Positions 41,201 through 54,900 of a stretch of DNA of 64,000 bases are shown here, piece by piece. Source of the stretch: Eledone cirrhosa. Lineage: Eukaryota. The notes beneath the pieces were generated by a model. The model did not search any database. It saw only the letters and a list, made by a program, of their open reading frames with translations, and had not been told where the DNA came from. A program made the translations under genes and the position numbers. Within the stretch, counting starts at the first letter, position 1, and every line of letters begins with the position of its first letter. The stretch is taken from assembly GCA_964016885.1 (NCBI GenBank), contig OZ024740.1, positions 287,804,001 through 287,868,000 of the forward strand. The letters run 5' to 3'.

Positions 41201-42719
41201 TTTATACTCTACCAAAATGTGTGGAAATTATTGTGTTTGTTAGAAATCAATATTCTTTCAATAAACGGTGACTACACTGATTTGCTTAACTCTCTCTCTC
41301 TTTTTCTTTCTTTCCAGATGCTGTTAGTGAGATAGAATTTTATCAGATATACAGAACTTAACTTATTTCCAGTACTTAGGCTATCCAATAGTAACAAAGA
41401 GAACAAACTGTGTTATTGTTTGAATAACTTTGTCAATGGACTTTGTGATATTGTAATTATTTTCTCTCCAACGAAGCTAACAGTTATTTGCAACTGAGCC
41501 TCGTAATTATGGCAACCAAGACTCAAAAGTTGATGTTTGTACCATTCAGTAGTGCATTAGATGCTGGTTTGTGGTATAAACTATCAGAGAACAAACTTAA
41601 CGTCTACGGATTAGATGAATCGCCGAAACCAATTTCTGGATTTTATTACAATGGTTAGAATATTGTATATATTTTTTTAATGATGTTTTTTTTAAATGTT
41701 AAACAGTTGCCAACATTCATTCATTGTAAAAGGTTTTTCACATCATCATGACCGGCATACATACACGCTTCACCAGTTCTGCAATGATATGCCCTCCTTC
41801 TTCAGTGAGAAGTATATATATACTTCAATATAAGTGATTGTTCTTCCTATTATTCATTAGTTCTGGAAGTTATTTTTCTTATTTATATATATAAATATTT
41901 TAGGCTTAAGTGATGTATATAAAAAATAAGTTGTGATAGTTTGCTTGAAGTATTGTGGAGTATGAAACTGAAAAGTCCGTTTGTTTGTATAGAAAGCCGT
42001 GCAATGCAACTGGGTTACATTGTCAAGGTAATAATTCGAAGGGAATTGAGAGAGAACGCAAAATAAAAGAAAGGACGAGTGATTGAAAGTTACCTTAGCA
42101 ATTTATTATTCCCCAAATCTTTCGGATTAACCATCCATTATCGCGTTGAGGGGGCGTCTGTGGAGGGAGCTTCAGAGAAAAATCAAGATTTTTCTTCTTG
42201 GTGGCCATTTATTTTCTTTTTGAATAATGGTTTGTGTTAGGTTTCATACCTTAAAGGGGATAGGGTGCTGCTAATGATCCTTGGTCTCCAAGGCTGGTAT
42301 AAAGGAAGGGAGGAAGAAACTACGATTCAGATGAAATACAAATTTAAATATGTTTAAATATTTGGAAGCCCGACAATGTGTGCGAGATTCATGTTATCCC
42401 CATACAGTTTGTCCAGTCAGAATGCTTGCAACAGAGTGGACTCTGCTGAAGCACTCAAGGATCAGATTAAGTCTATCATCCATCACCAAGTACAGTCCAT
42501 CTAATAGGCTTCCAAATAGTTTGTGCCTACCTAATATTACTTCTCTCCTCAACATCATCCCTATGAACCCCACCACACCTGCCATTCACCCATGATATAT
42601 TTGTCATTCTCCCACCTATTTGAACTTACCCATGACATCATGCTTATCATCCTTGTTACCTCATTCATCCCATTTACCTTCTCTATCCTTGTCCCCCTTC
42701 CCATAGGGCATATAGGGCT

Positions 42720-43700
42720 CTTTAGTTGAGTCAAGCATTGACAATATCCCTAGTGTTGGTGCCTCGATAAAATGCACCCAGAAAACTATAAAGTGGTTGG
42801 TATAAGGAAGGGCTGCCAGCTGTGGAAGCCATGCCTAAAAAGGGGTTGGAGGACTCTTCATGTCAAGAGCATGGCAACTTCTCTAGTGTTAGCAACATGA
42901 TAAAATACACCCAGTATTCCAGGCATATAGCTTAGTGGTTAGAGAATTGGATTTGCAATCGTAAGGTTGCAAGTTTGATTCCCAGACTGAGTGAGCATGA
43001 CACTATTTCACATTGTTCTTTCTGCCAGTTGTTGTGACTGGAGGATAATATCAGCAAAGGAAAGAGCAATGAAAACTTTGTGTCCTTGGTCCAATTTTAT
43101 GAGTTCCACCCCACATGAGGTCTGGGATCTTGAATGAATTCAACTGGATCCTCTAAAGTGGTTGGTGATGGGAAGGGCATCAAGCTATAGAAAGCTTGCC
43201 AAACAAAGGATTAAGAAGACTCTTCAGTTGAGTCAAAGACATGACAATCTTTCTAGTGCTGGTGCCACAATAAAATATACCAGGTGTATTCTGTAGTGAA
43301 TATCATGGGTTTAATTCCAGGACTGAGTTGTGTGTTGTATTCTTGAGCAAAACACTTCATTTCATATTGCTCCTGTGTACTCAGCTAAAAATGAGTACCA
43401 ACAGTAGCTAGGGGTATATTCTTGTAATGGACTGGTGTCCTGTCTACAGGGGGAGTTTTATACTCTCAGTCACTTAGTGCCAAAGAAAGCAGCATAAGCA
43501 CTGGCCTAACGAGCCTTTGGGCATGAGACAGACTTTAGATTTTTAGCATTCTGTAGACAGCAAGATTGTATTTATATGAGGTGCTGCTGCTGGACTGTCT
43601 GGAATGTCAGTAGCTCCATTTATGTACTGACTTTGACTGTAACAACCCATCCAACCCTTGCTAGCTGGGAAAAATGAACGTTATATGATGATGATGGTGG
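42720..43700 (+). mobile_element. Cluster of tandem RTE-motif units with nested tRNA-SINEs (about 42921-43020 and 43300-43530)
   Basis: Unit agttgagtcaa..catgacaa..ctagtgctggtgcc..ataaaat..acccag..aaagtggttggt..ggaaggg..tgcc..gactcttc recurs; tail at 43640-43695. Confidence 0.7.
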
Positions 43701-44539
43701 TGTATATGTGTATGTGTTTGTAACCAAGTGGTATATTCAAAGTTAAGTGGTGTATCCATAGCAAAACGAGAAAAGGTTTGAAGCATTTGGCAAAGATAGG
43801 AGCTAACTCTTGAGTGTACTGTTTGAGGATAATGAGAGAGATATTGTCAGGACTGGTAGCTGAGCTGGCTTGAAGTGATCAGAGGTGGCAGGACTGGTGA
43901 GATAGCGAAGAAAAGTTTTAATGGAATTTCCTTGACTGTATGTATTGTCGAGTTCGAAGCAAAGACAACAGTGAATATACAATCTTTCTCTGTTGGGGTA
44001 CTGCTTACAAAGCTGTTTTGATTGAGGTGTAGGGAGTATGAGGATATCATAATATTGGTAGAGATCCTCTTGGCAAGTGACCAAACTAAAAGAGCCAACT
44101 GCAATCTGGAATACAGGAGAACTTGCAGACTGTGCTATGTATCAAGCCACCATTTACGTTTTGGATGGTAGTCTTGCAGTGATAGATAAAATCCACCCAG
44201 TTAATGAATTTTTGTGATTTTCCCCAGGTGTTATAGGTTTTGCATTTTACTTGTATTGCTGCAGTTCAGCTGAGGGTAAACCATATAGCATTATAGGTTT
44301 TGATTGTGAAAAAACTTGCTGAAAGGTTCATAGGCTGACTAACATACTCTCATGGAATGACCAAATGAGGTTTATTTTTCAGCATAGGCCTGGAAAGAAC
44401 AATGCAGTTATTAATAAGAAGAGTTGAAATTAATGCATGCAAGATTTTACAGCACTAGCATCACCCATTCCTAGTCAGCTTATGAACTTTTCACTCTTGT
44501 AAATGTATACATACCAATGTACGTGTGTATGTGTATTCT

Positions 44540-44880
44540 TCTACTGGTTTCAATCATTAAGTTGCAGCCATACTGAGGAACTGCTTTAAAATGATCTAGT
44601 CAGTCATATCAACTGCAGTATTTATTTTTATCAAGTCTGGTACATATTTTATTGGTCTCTTTTTTGTTGGATTGCTAAGTTATGGGACATAATCATAAGC
44701 ATGGACACAAACACACACATGATTAACATCTGCAGTTTCCATCTACAACATTTCACTCACAAATCTTGGTCAATACAAGGCAATAGTAGACAACACTTGC
44801 TCAAGGTGTCATACTGTAGGACTGAACCTGAGACCATGTGATTGCAAAGCAAACTCCTTAACTACACAACCATGTCCTCA
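44540..44880 (-). mobile_element. CORE-type tRNA SINE
   Basis: cagtttccatctac..tcactcacaa..gtagacaacacttgctcaaggtg..gggactgaacc-like B-box..cttaactacacaaccatg. Confidence 0.75.
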
Positions 44881-45054
44881 TGCATGCAGTGTATATGTAT
44901 GAATTCACCCTAATATATGTAATTATTTTTATACACACATACTCATCCAAACTTCATGTATAACTTATTCTTTAATTTAGTAAGATTGGTTTATGTCATG
45001 CTCTATCTTCATGTCTCTATGTTTACCTTTAACTTTCCTTACTTTGTTGACCAG

Positions 45055-45106
45055 GTTACTCTAGTGGTCCATGTCGACTAAGCTTAGATTTCACTGCCTT
45101 TGACAG
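45055..45106 (+). CDS. Candidate 52-nt internal exon ((G)YSSGPCRLSLDFTAFD)
   Basis: Long polypyrimidine tract plus ccag|, donor CAG|gtatgt; only the phase-1 frame is open, compatible with the 39410 donor. Confidence 0.4.
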
Positions 45107-45157
45107 GTATGTTATATATATTTCTATTTTTACTTTTATCCATGTTGACTAAGGCAA

Positions 45158-45310
45158 TGAATTGGCAGAGTCGTTAGAATGTAGGAGAGAATGCTTCATG
45201 GTATTCATTCTGGTTCTCTGTGCTCTGAGTTCAAATCCTGCCAAGGTTAACTTTGCCTTTCATCGTTTCAAGGTTGATAAATAAATTACTAGTCCACTAC
45301 TGGGCTTCAT
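45158..45310 (+). mobile_element. tRNA-derived SINE with Meta-like domain
   Basis: tggcagagtcgttaga A-box, gagttcaaatcc B-box, ctttgcctttcatcgtttcaaggttgataaa. Confidence 0.75.
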
Positions 45311-45679
45311 TCTTCATCTAACTCTTTCTTTCACTCCTGTCTCTCTCTTTCTTTCTCACACACACACACACAAGACTGCTATGATCGTGATCCCTCACAC
45401 TGTATCTACTATGACATCCACAAATCTACCGTGACCCCTGATACTGTCATTATTATAACACCCATAGACTACCATGACCCTTGACACTGTCATTACAAGG
45501 ACACCCACAAGATTACCATGACTCTCACAACACTACTATGATCAGGACACTTGATATTGTTACTGCTATACTGGTATGTTGTATCTGAACACAAGTGAAA
45601 CATTTAAGCAATTGAATCAAAAAGAAATTTTGAGAAAAACCGCAGAGCAGGTGAGGGATCACTGATATGAATGTTTTAA

Positions 45680-45885
45680 CCCTTTAGCATTCACATTACT
45701 CTATATATACTATTGTCTTTTCATGGTAAAGACTTTACCTCACGTAATATCGAATCTATGAGATTTTGAAAGTATTATTTTGAGAACAATACCTTAACAT
45801 TAGTTTAAGTGGCCAGTTACAGCCAGTTTCAACAGAAAGAGATAGAGAATTCTGGCCGGTTTTGGCCAGTTTGAATATTAAAGGG
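45680..45885. mobile_element. piggyBac-like MITE
   Basis: TTAA|ccctttagcattca ... tgaatattaaaggg|TTGA; internally homologous to 13874-14026. Confidence 0.85.
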
Positions 45886-45949
45886 TTGAACAAATATTTT
45901 ATTTTTATTATTTAGTTTAAGGAGAAAGGTGATAATGACAGTTTCATTA

Positions 45950-48900
45950 CTATGACACCCTCAAGACTACCATGACATTATTATGACACCCTCAACACTG
46001 CTATGACACTATTATGACACCCACAAAACTACCATGACACTATTATGACACCCACATTACTACCATGACACTATTATGAAACCCACAAGACTATTATGAC
46101 ACCCACAAGACTACCATGAGACTATTATGACACCCTCAAGACTGCCATGACACTATTATGACACCCTCAAGACTACCATGACACTATTATGACACCCACA
46201 AGACTACCATGACACATATGACACCCACAAGACTACCATGACACTATTATGGCACCCACAATACTACCATGACACTATTATGACATCCACAAGACTACCA
46301 TGACACATATGACACCCACAAGACTGCCATGACACTATTATGACACCCTCAAGACTACCATGACACTATTATGACACCCTCAAGGCTGCTATGACACTAT
46401 TATGACGCCCACAAGACTACCATGACACTAATATGACTACCATGACACTATTATGACACCCACCAGACTACCATGACACTATTATGACACCCACAAGACT
46501 GCCATGACACTATTATTACACCCACAAGACTACCATGACACTATTATGACATCCTCAAGCCTACCATGACACCCTCAAGACTGCCATGACACCCACAAGA
46601 CTACCATTAGACTATTATTACACCCACAAGACTGCCATGACACTATTATGACACCCACAAGACTACCATGACACTATTATGACACCCACAAGACTGCCAT
46701 GACACTATTATGACACCCTCAAGACTACCATGACACCCACAAGACTACCATGACACTATTATGACACCCACAAGACTACCACGACACATATGACACCCAC
46801 AAGACTACCATGACACTATTATTACACCCACAAGACTACCATGACACATATGACACCCTCAAGACTGCCATGACACTATTATTACACCCACAAGACTGCC
46901 ATGACACTATTATGACATCCACAAGACTACCATGACACTATTATTACACCCACAAGACTACCATGACACATATGACACCCACAAGACTGCCATGACACTA
47001 TTATTACACCCACAAGACTACCATGACACATATGACACCCACAAGACTGCCATGACACTATTATGACACCCACAAGACTACCATGACACTATTATTACAC
47101 CCACAAGACTACCATGACACATATGACACCCTCAAGACTGCCATGACACTATTATTACACCCACAAGACTACCATGACACTATTATGACATCCACAAGAC
47201 TACCATGACACTATTATGACATCCACAAGACTACCATGACCCATATGACACCCACAAGACTGCCATGACACTATTATGACACCCTCAAGACTGCCATGAC
47301 ACTATTATGACATCCACAAGACTACCATGACACTATTATGACACCCACAAGACTACCATGACACATATGACACCCATAAGACTGCCATGACACTATTATG
47401 ACACCCTCAAGACTGCCATGACACTATTATGACACCCACAAGACTACCATGACACTATTATGACATCCACAAGACTACCATGACACTATTATGACACCCA
47501 CAAGACTACCATGACACATATGACACCCATAAGACTGCCATGACACTATTATGACACCCTCAAGACTGCCATGACACTATTATGACACCCACAAGACTAC
47601 CATGACACTATTATGACACCCACAAGACTACCATGACACATATGACACCCATAAGACTGCCATGACATTATTATGACACCCTCAAGACTGCCATGACACT
47701 ATTATGACACCCACAAGACTGCCATGACACTATTATGACACCCACAAGACTACCATGACACTATTATGACACCCTCAAGACTACCATGACACTATTATGA
47801 CACCCACAAGACTACCATGACACATATGACACCCTCAAGACTACCATGACACTATTATGACACCCACAAGACTGCCATGACACTATTATGACACCCACAA
47901 GACTACCATGACACTATTATGACACCCACAAGACTACCATGGCACTATTATGACACCCTCAAGACTGCCATGACACTATTATGACACCCTCAAGACTACC
48001 ATGACACTATTATGACACCCTCAAGACTACCATGACACTATTATGACACCCTCAAGACTACCATGACACATATGACACCCACAAGACTGCCATGACACTA
48101 TTATGACACATATGTCACCCACAAGACTGCCATGACACTATTATTACACCCTCAAGCCTACCATGACACTATTATGACATCCACAAGACTACCATGACAC
48201 ATATGACACCATCAAGACTACCATAACACCATTATGACACCCTCAAGACTGCCATGACACTATTATGACACCTTAAAGACTACCATGACCCATAGGACAC
48301 CCACAAGACTACCATGACACTATTATGACATCCACAAGACTACCATGACACATATGACACCCTCAAGACTACCATGACACTATTATGACACCCACAAGAC
48401 TACCATGACACATATGACACCCTCAAGACTACCATGACACTATTATGACACCCTCAAGACTGCCATGACACTATTATGACACCCTCAAGACTACCATGAC
48501 ACTATTATGACACCCTCAAGACTGCCATGACACTATTATGACACCCACAAGACTACCATGACACTATTATTACACCCACAAGACTAGCATGACACTATTA
48601 TGACACCCTCAAGACTACCATGACACCCACACGACTACCATGACACTATTATGACACCCACACGACTACCATGACACATATGACACCCTCAAGACTACCT
48701 TGAGACTATTATGACACCCACAAGACTACCATGACACTATTATGACACCATCAAGACTACCATGACACTATTATGACACCCACAAGACTACCATGACACA
48801 TATGACACACTCAAGACTACCATGACACATATGACACCCACAAGACTGCCATGACACTATTATGACACCCACAAGACTACCATGACACTATTATGACACC

Positions 48901-51900
48901 CTCAAGACTACCCTGACACTATTATGACATCCACAAGACTTCCATGACACATATGACACACTCAAGACTACCATGACACTATTATGACACCCTCAAGACT
49001 ACCATGACACTATTATGACACCCACAAGACTACCATGACACTATTATGACACCCTCAAGACTACCATGACACATATGACACCCAGAAGACTGCCATGACA
49101 CTATTATGACAACCTAAAGACTGCCATGACACTATTATGACACCCTCAAGACTACCATGACACTATTATGACACCCACAAGACTACCATGACACATATGA
49201 CACCCACAAGACTACCATGACACATATGACACCCACAAGACTGCCATGACACTATTATTACACCCACAAGACTGCCTTGACACTATTATGACACATATGA
49301 AACCCACAAGACTGCCATGACACTATTATTACACCCTCAAGCCTACCATGACACTATTATGACACCCACAAGACTGCCATGACTCTATTATGACACCCAC
49401 AAGACTACCATGACACTATTATGACACCCTCAAGACTACCATGACACTATTATGACACCCACAAGACTGCCATGACTCTATTATGACACCCTCAAGACTA
49501 GCATGACACTATTATGACACCCACAAGACTACCATGACACTATTATGACACCCTCAAGACTGCCATGACACTATTATGACACCCTCAAGACTGCCATGAC
49601 ACTATTATGACACCCTCAAGACTACCATGACACTATTATGACACCCACAAGACTACCATGACACTATTATGACACCCTCAAGACTACCATGACACTATTA
49701 TGACACCCTCAAGACTACCATGACACTATTATGACACCCTCAAGACTGCCATGACACTATTATGACACCCTCAAGACTACCATGACACTATTATGACACC
49801 CTCAAGACTACCATGACACTATTATGACACCCACAGGACTACCATGACACTATTATGACACCCTCAAGACTACCATGACCCAGAAGACTGCCATGACACT
49901 ATTATGACAACCTAAAGACTGCCATGACACTATTATGACACCCTCAAGACTACCATGACACTATTATGACACCCACAAGACTACCATGACACATATGACA
50001 CCCACAAGACTACCATGACACATATGACACCCAGAAGACTGCCATGAAACTATTATGACAACCTAAAGACTGCCATGACACTATTATGACACCCTCAAAA
50101 CTACCATGACACATATGACACCCAGAAGACTGCCATGACACTATTATGACAACCTAAAGACTGCCATGACACTATTATGACACCCTCAAGACTACCATGA
50201 CACTATTATGACACCCACAAGACTACCATGACACATATGACACCCACAAGACTACCATGACACATATGACACCCACAAGACTGCCATGACACTATTATTA
50301 CACCCACAAGACTGCCATGACACTATTATGACACCCTCAAGACTACCATAACACATATGACACCCTCAAGACTAGCATGACACTATTATGACACCCACAA
50401 GACTGCCATGACTCTATTATGACACCCACAAGACTACCATGACACTATTATGACACACTCAAGACTACCATGACACTATTATGACACCCTCAAGACTACC
50501 ATAACACATATGACACCCTCAAGACTAGCATGACACTATTATGACACCCACAAGACTACCATGACACTATTATGACACCCTCAAGACTGCCATGACACTA
50601 TTATGACACCCTCAAGACTGCCATGACACTATTATGACACCCTCAAGACTACCATGACACTATTATGACACCCACAAGACTACCATGACACTATTATGAC
50701 ACCCTCAAGACTACCATGACACTATTATGACACCCTCAAGACTACCATGACACTATTATGACACCCACAGGACTACCATGACACTATTATGACACCCTCA
50801 AGACTACCATGACCCAGAAGACTGCCATGACACTATTATGACACCCTCAAGACTGCCATGACACGATTATGACACTCTCAAGACTACCATGACACTATTA
50901 TGACATCCACAAGACTACCATGACACATATGACACCCACAGGACTGCCATGACACTAATATGACTACCATGACACTATTATGACACCCACCAGACTACCA
51001 TGACACTATTATGACACCCACAAGACTACCATGACACTATTATGACATCCTCAAGCCTACCATGACACCCTCAAGACTGCCATGACACCCACAAGACTAC
51101 CATGACACTATTATTACACCCACAAGACTGCCATGACACTATTATGACACCCACAAGACTAGCATGACACTATTATGACACCCACAAGTCTGCCATGACA
51201 CTATTATGACACCCTCAAGACTACCATGACACCCACAAGACTACCATGACACTACTATGACACCCACAAGACTACCATGACACATATGACACCCACAAGA
51301 CTACCATGACACTATTATTACACCCACAAGACTACCATGACACATATGACACCCTCAAGACTGCCATGACACTATTATTACACCCACAAGACTGCAATGA
51401 CACTATTATGACATCCACAAGACTAGCATGACACATATGACACCCTCAAGACTACCATGACACTATTATGACACCCTCAAGACTACCATGACACTATTAT
51501 GACACCCACAAGACTACCATGACACTATTATGACACCCTCAAGACTACCATGACACCCACAAGACTACCATGACACTATTATGACACCCACACGACTACC
51601 ATGACTCATATGACACCCTCAAGACTACCTTGAGACTATTATGACACCCACAAGACTACCATGACACTATTATGACACCATCAAGACTACCATGACACTA
51701 TTATGACACCCACAAGACTACCATGACACATATGACACCCACAAGACTGCCATGACACTATTATGACACCCACAAGACTACCATGACATTATTATGACAC
51801 CCTCAAGACTACCCTGACACTATTATGACATCCACAAGACTTCCATGACACATATGACACACTCAAGACTACCATGACACTATTATGACACCCTCAAGAC

Positions 51901-54900
51901 TACCATGACACATATGACACCCAGAAGACTGCCATGACACTATTATGACAACCTAAAGACTGCCATGACACTATTATGACACCCTCAAGACTACCATGAC
52001 ACTATTATGACACCCACAAGACTACCATGACACATATGACACCCACAAGACTACCAAGACTGCCATGACACTATTATTACACCCACAAGACTGCCATGAC
52101 ACTATTATGACACATATGAAACCCACAAGACTGCCATGACACTATTATTACACCCTCAAGCCTACCATGACACTATTATGACACCCACAAGACTGCCATG
52201 ACACTATTATGACACCCACAAGACTGCCATAACACTATTATGACACCCTCAAGACTACCATGACACTATTATGACATCCACAAGACTACCATGACACTAT
52301 TATGACACCCACAAGACTGCCATGACACTATTATGACATCCACAAGGCTACCATGACACTATTATGACACCCTCAAGACTACCATGACACTATTATTACA
52401 CCCTCATGACACCCACAAGACTGTCATGACACTATTATGACACCCTCAAGACTACCACGACGCTATTATGACATCCACAAGACTACCATGACACATATAA
52501 CACCCTCAAGACTACCATGACACTATTTTGACACCCTCAAGACTACCATGACACCCGCAAGACTACCATGACACTATTATGACATCCACAAGACTGCCAT
52601 GACACTATTATGACACCCTCAAGACTACCATGACACTATTATGACACCCTCAATACTGCCATGACACTATTATGACACCCTCAATACTGCCATGACACAT
52701 ATGACACCCTCAAGACTACCATGACACTATTATGACACCCTCAAGACTACCATGACACATATGACACCCACAAGACTACCATGACACTATTATGACACCA
52801 ACAAGACTACCATGACACATATGACACCCTCAAGACTACTATGACACTATTATGACACCCACAAGACTGTCATGACACTATTATGGCACCCACAAGACTG
52901 CCATGACACTATAATAACACCCTCAAGACTACCATGACACTATTATTACACCCACAAGACTGCCATGACACATATGACACCCACAAAACTACCATGACAC
53001 TATTATGACACCCACATTACTAACATGACACTATTATGAAACCCACAAGACTATTATGACACCCTCAAGACTGCCATGACACTATTATGACACTCTCAAG
53101 ACTACCATGACACTATTATGACACCCACAAGACTACCATGACACATATGACACCCACAAGACTACCATGACACTATTATGGCACCCACAATACTACCATG
53201 ACACTATTATGACATCCACAAGACTACCATGACACATATGACACCCACAGGACTGCCATGACACTATTATGACACCCTCAAGGCTGCCATGACACTATTA
53301 TGACACCCACAAGACTACCATGACACTAATATGACTACCATGACACTATTATGACACCCACCAGACTACCATGACACTATTATGACACCCACAAGACTAC
53401 CATGACACTATTATTACACCCACAAGACTGCCATGACACTATTATGACACCCACAAGACTACCATGACACTATTATGACACCCACAAGACTGCCATGACA
53501 CTATTATGACACCCTCAAGACTACCATGACACCCACAAGACTACCATGACACTATTATGACACCCACAAGACTACCATGACACATATGACACCCACAAGA
53601 CTACCATGACACTATTATTACACCCACAAGACTACCATGACACATATGACACCCTCAAGACTGCCATGACACTATTATTACACCCACAAGACTGCCATGA
53701 CACTATTATGACATCCACAAGACTACCATGACACTATTATTACACCCACAAGACTACCATGACACATATGACACCCACAAGACTGCCATGACACTATTAT
53801 TACACCCACAAGACTACCATGACACATATGACACCCACAAGACTGCCATGACACTATTATGACACCCACAAGACTACCATGACACTATTATTACACCCAC
53901 AAGACTACCATGACACATATGACACCCTCAAGACTGCCATGACACTATTATGACACCCACAAGACTGCCATGACACTACTATGACACCCACAAGACTACC
54001 ATGACACTATTATGACATCCACAAGACTACCATGACACTATTATGACATCCACAAGACTAGCATGACACATATGACACCCACAAGACGGCATGACACTAT
54101 TATGACACCCACAAGACTGCCATGACACTATTATGACACCCACAAGACTGCCATGACTCTATTATGACACCCACAAGACTACCATGACACTATTATGACA
54201 CTCTCAAGACTACCATGACACTATTATGACACCCTCAAGACTACCATGACACTATTATGACACACATATGACACCCACAAGACTGCCATGACACTATTAT
54301 GACACCCTCAAGTCTACCATGACACTATTATGACACCCTCAAGACTACCATAACACATATGACACCCTCAAGACTACCATGACACTATTATGACACCCAC
54401 AAGACTACCATGACACTATTATGACACCCTCAAGACTGCCATGACACTATTATGACACCCTCAAGACTGCCATGACACTATTATGACACCCTCAAGACTA
54501 CCATGACACTATTATGACACCCACAAGTCTACCATGACACTATTATGACACCCTCAAGACTGCCATGACACTATCATGACACGCTCAAGACTACTATGAC
54601 ACTATTATGACACCCTCAAGACTACCATGACACTATTATGACACCCTCAAGACTGCCATGACACTATTACGACACCCTAAAGACTACCCTGACACTATTA
54701 TGACACCCACAAGACTACCATGACACTATTATGACACCCTCAAGACTACCATGACACTATTATGACACCCTCAAGACTACCATGACACTATTATGACACC
54801 CTCAAGACTGCCATGACACTATTATGACACCCTCAAGACTACCATGACACTATTATGACACCCTCAAGACTACCATGACACTATTATGACACCCACAGGA

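Noticed and set aside
43800-44460. Minus-strand ORFs as a gene or LINE
   Set aside because: Possibly a decayed element, but no motif could be named with confidence.
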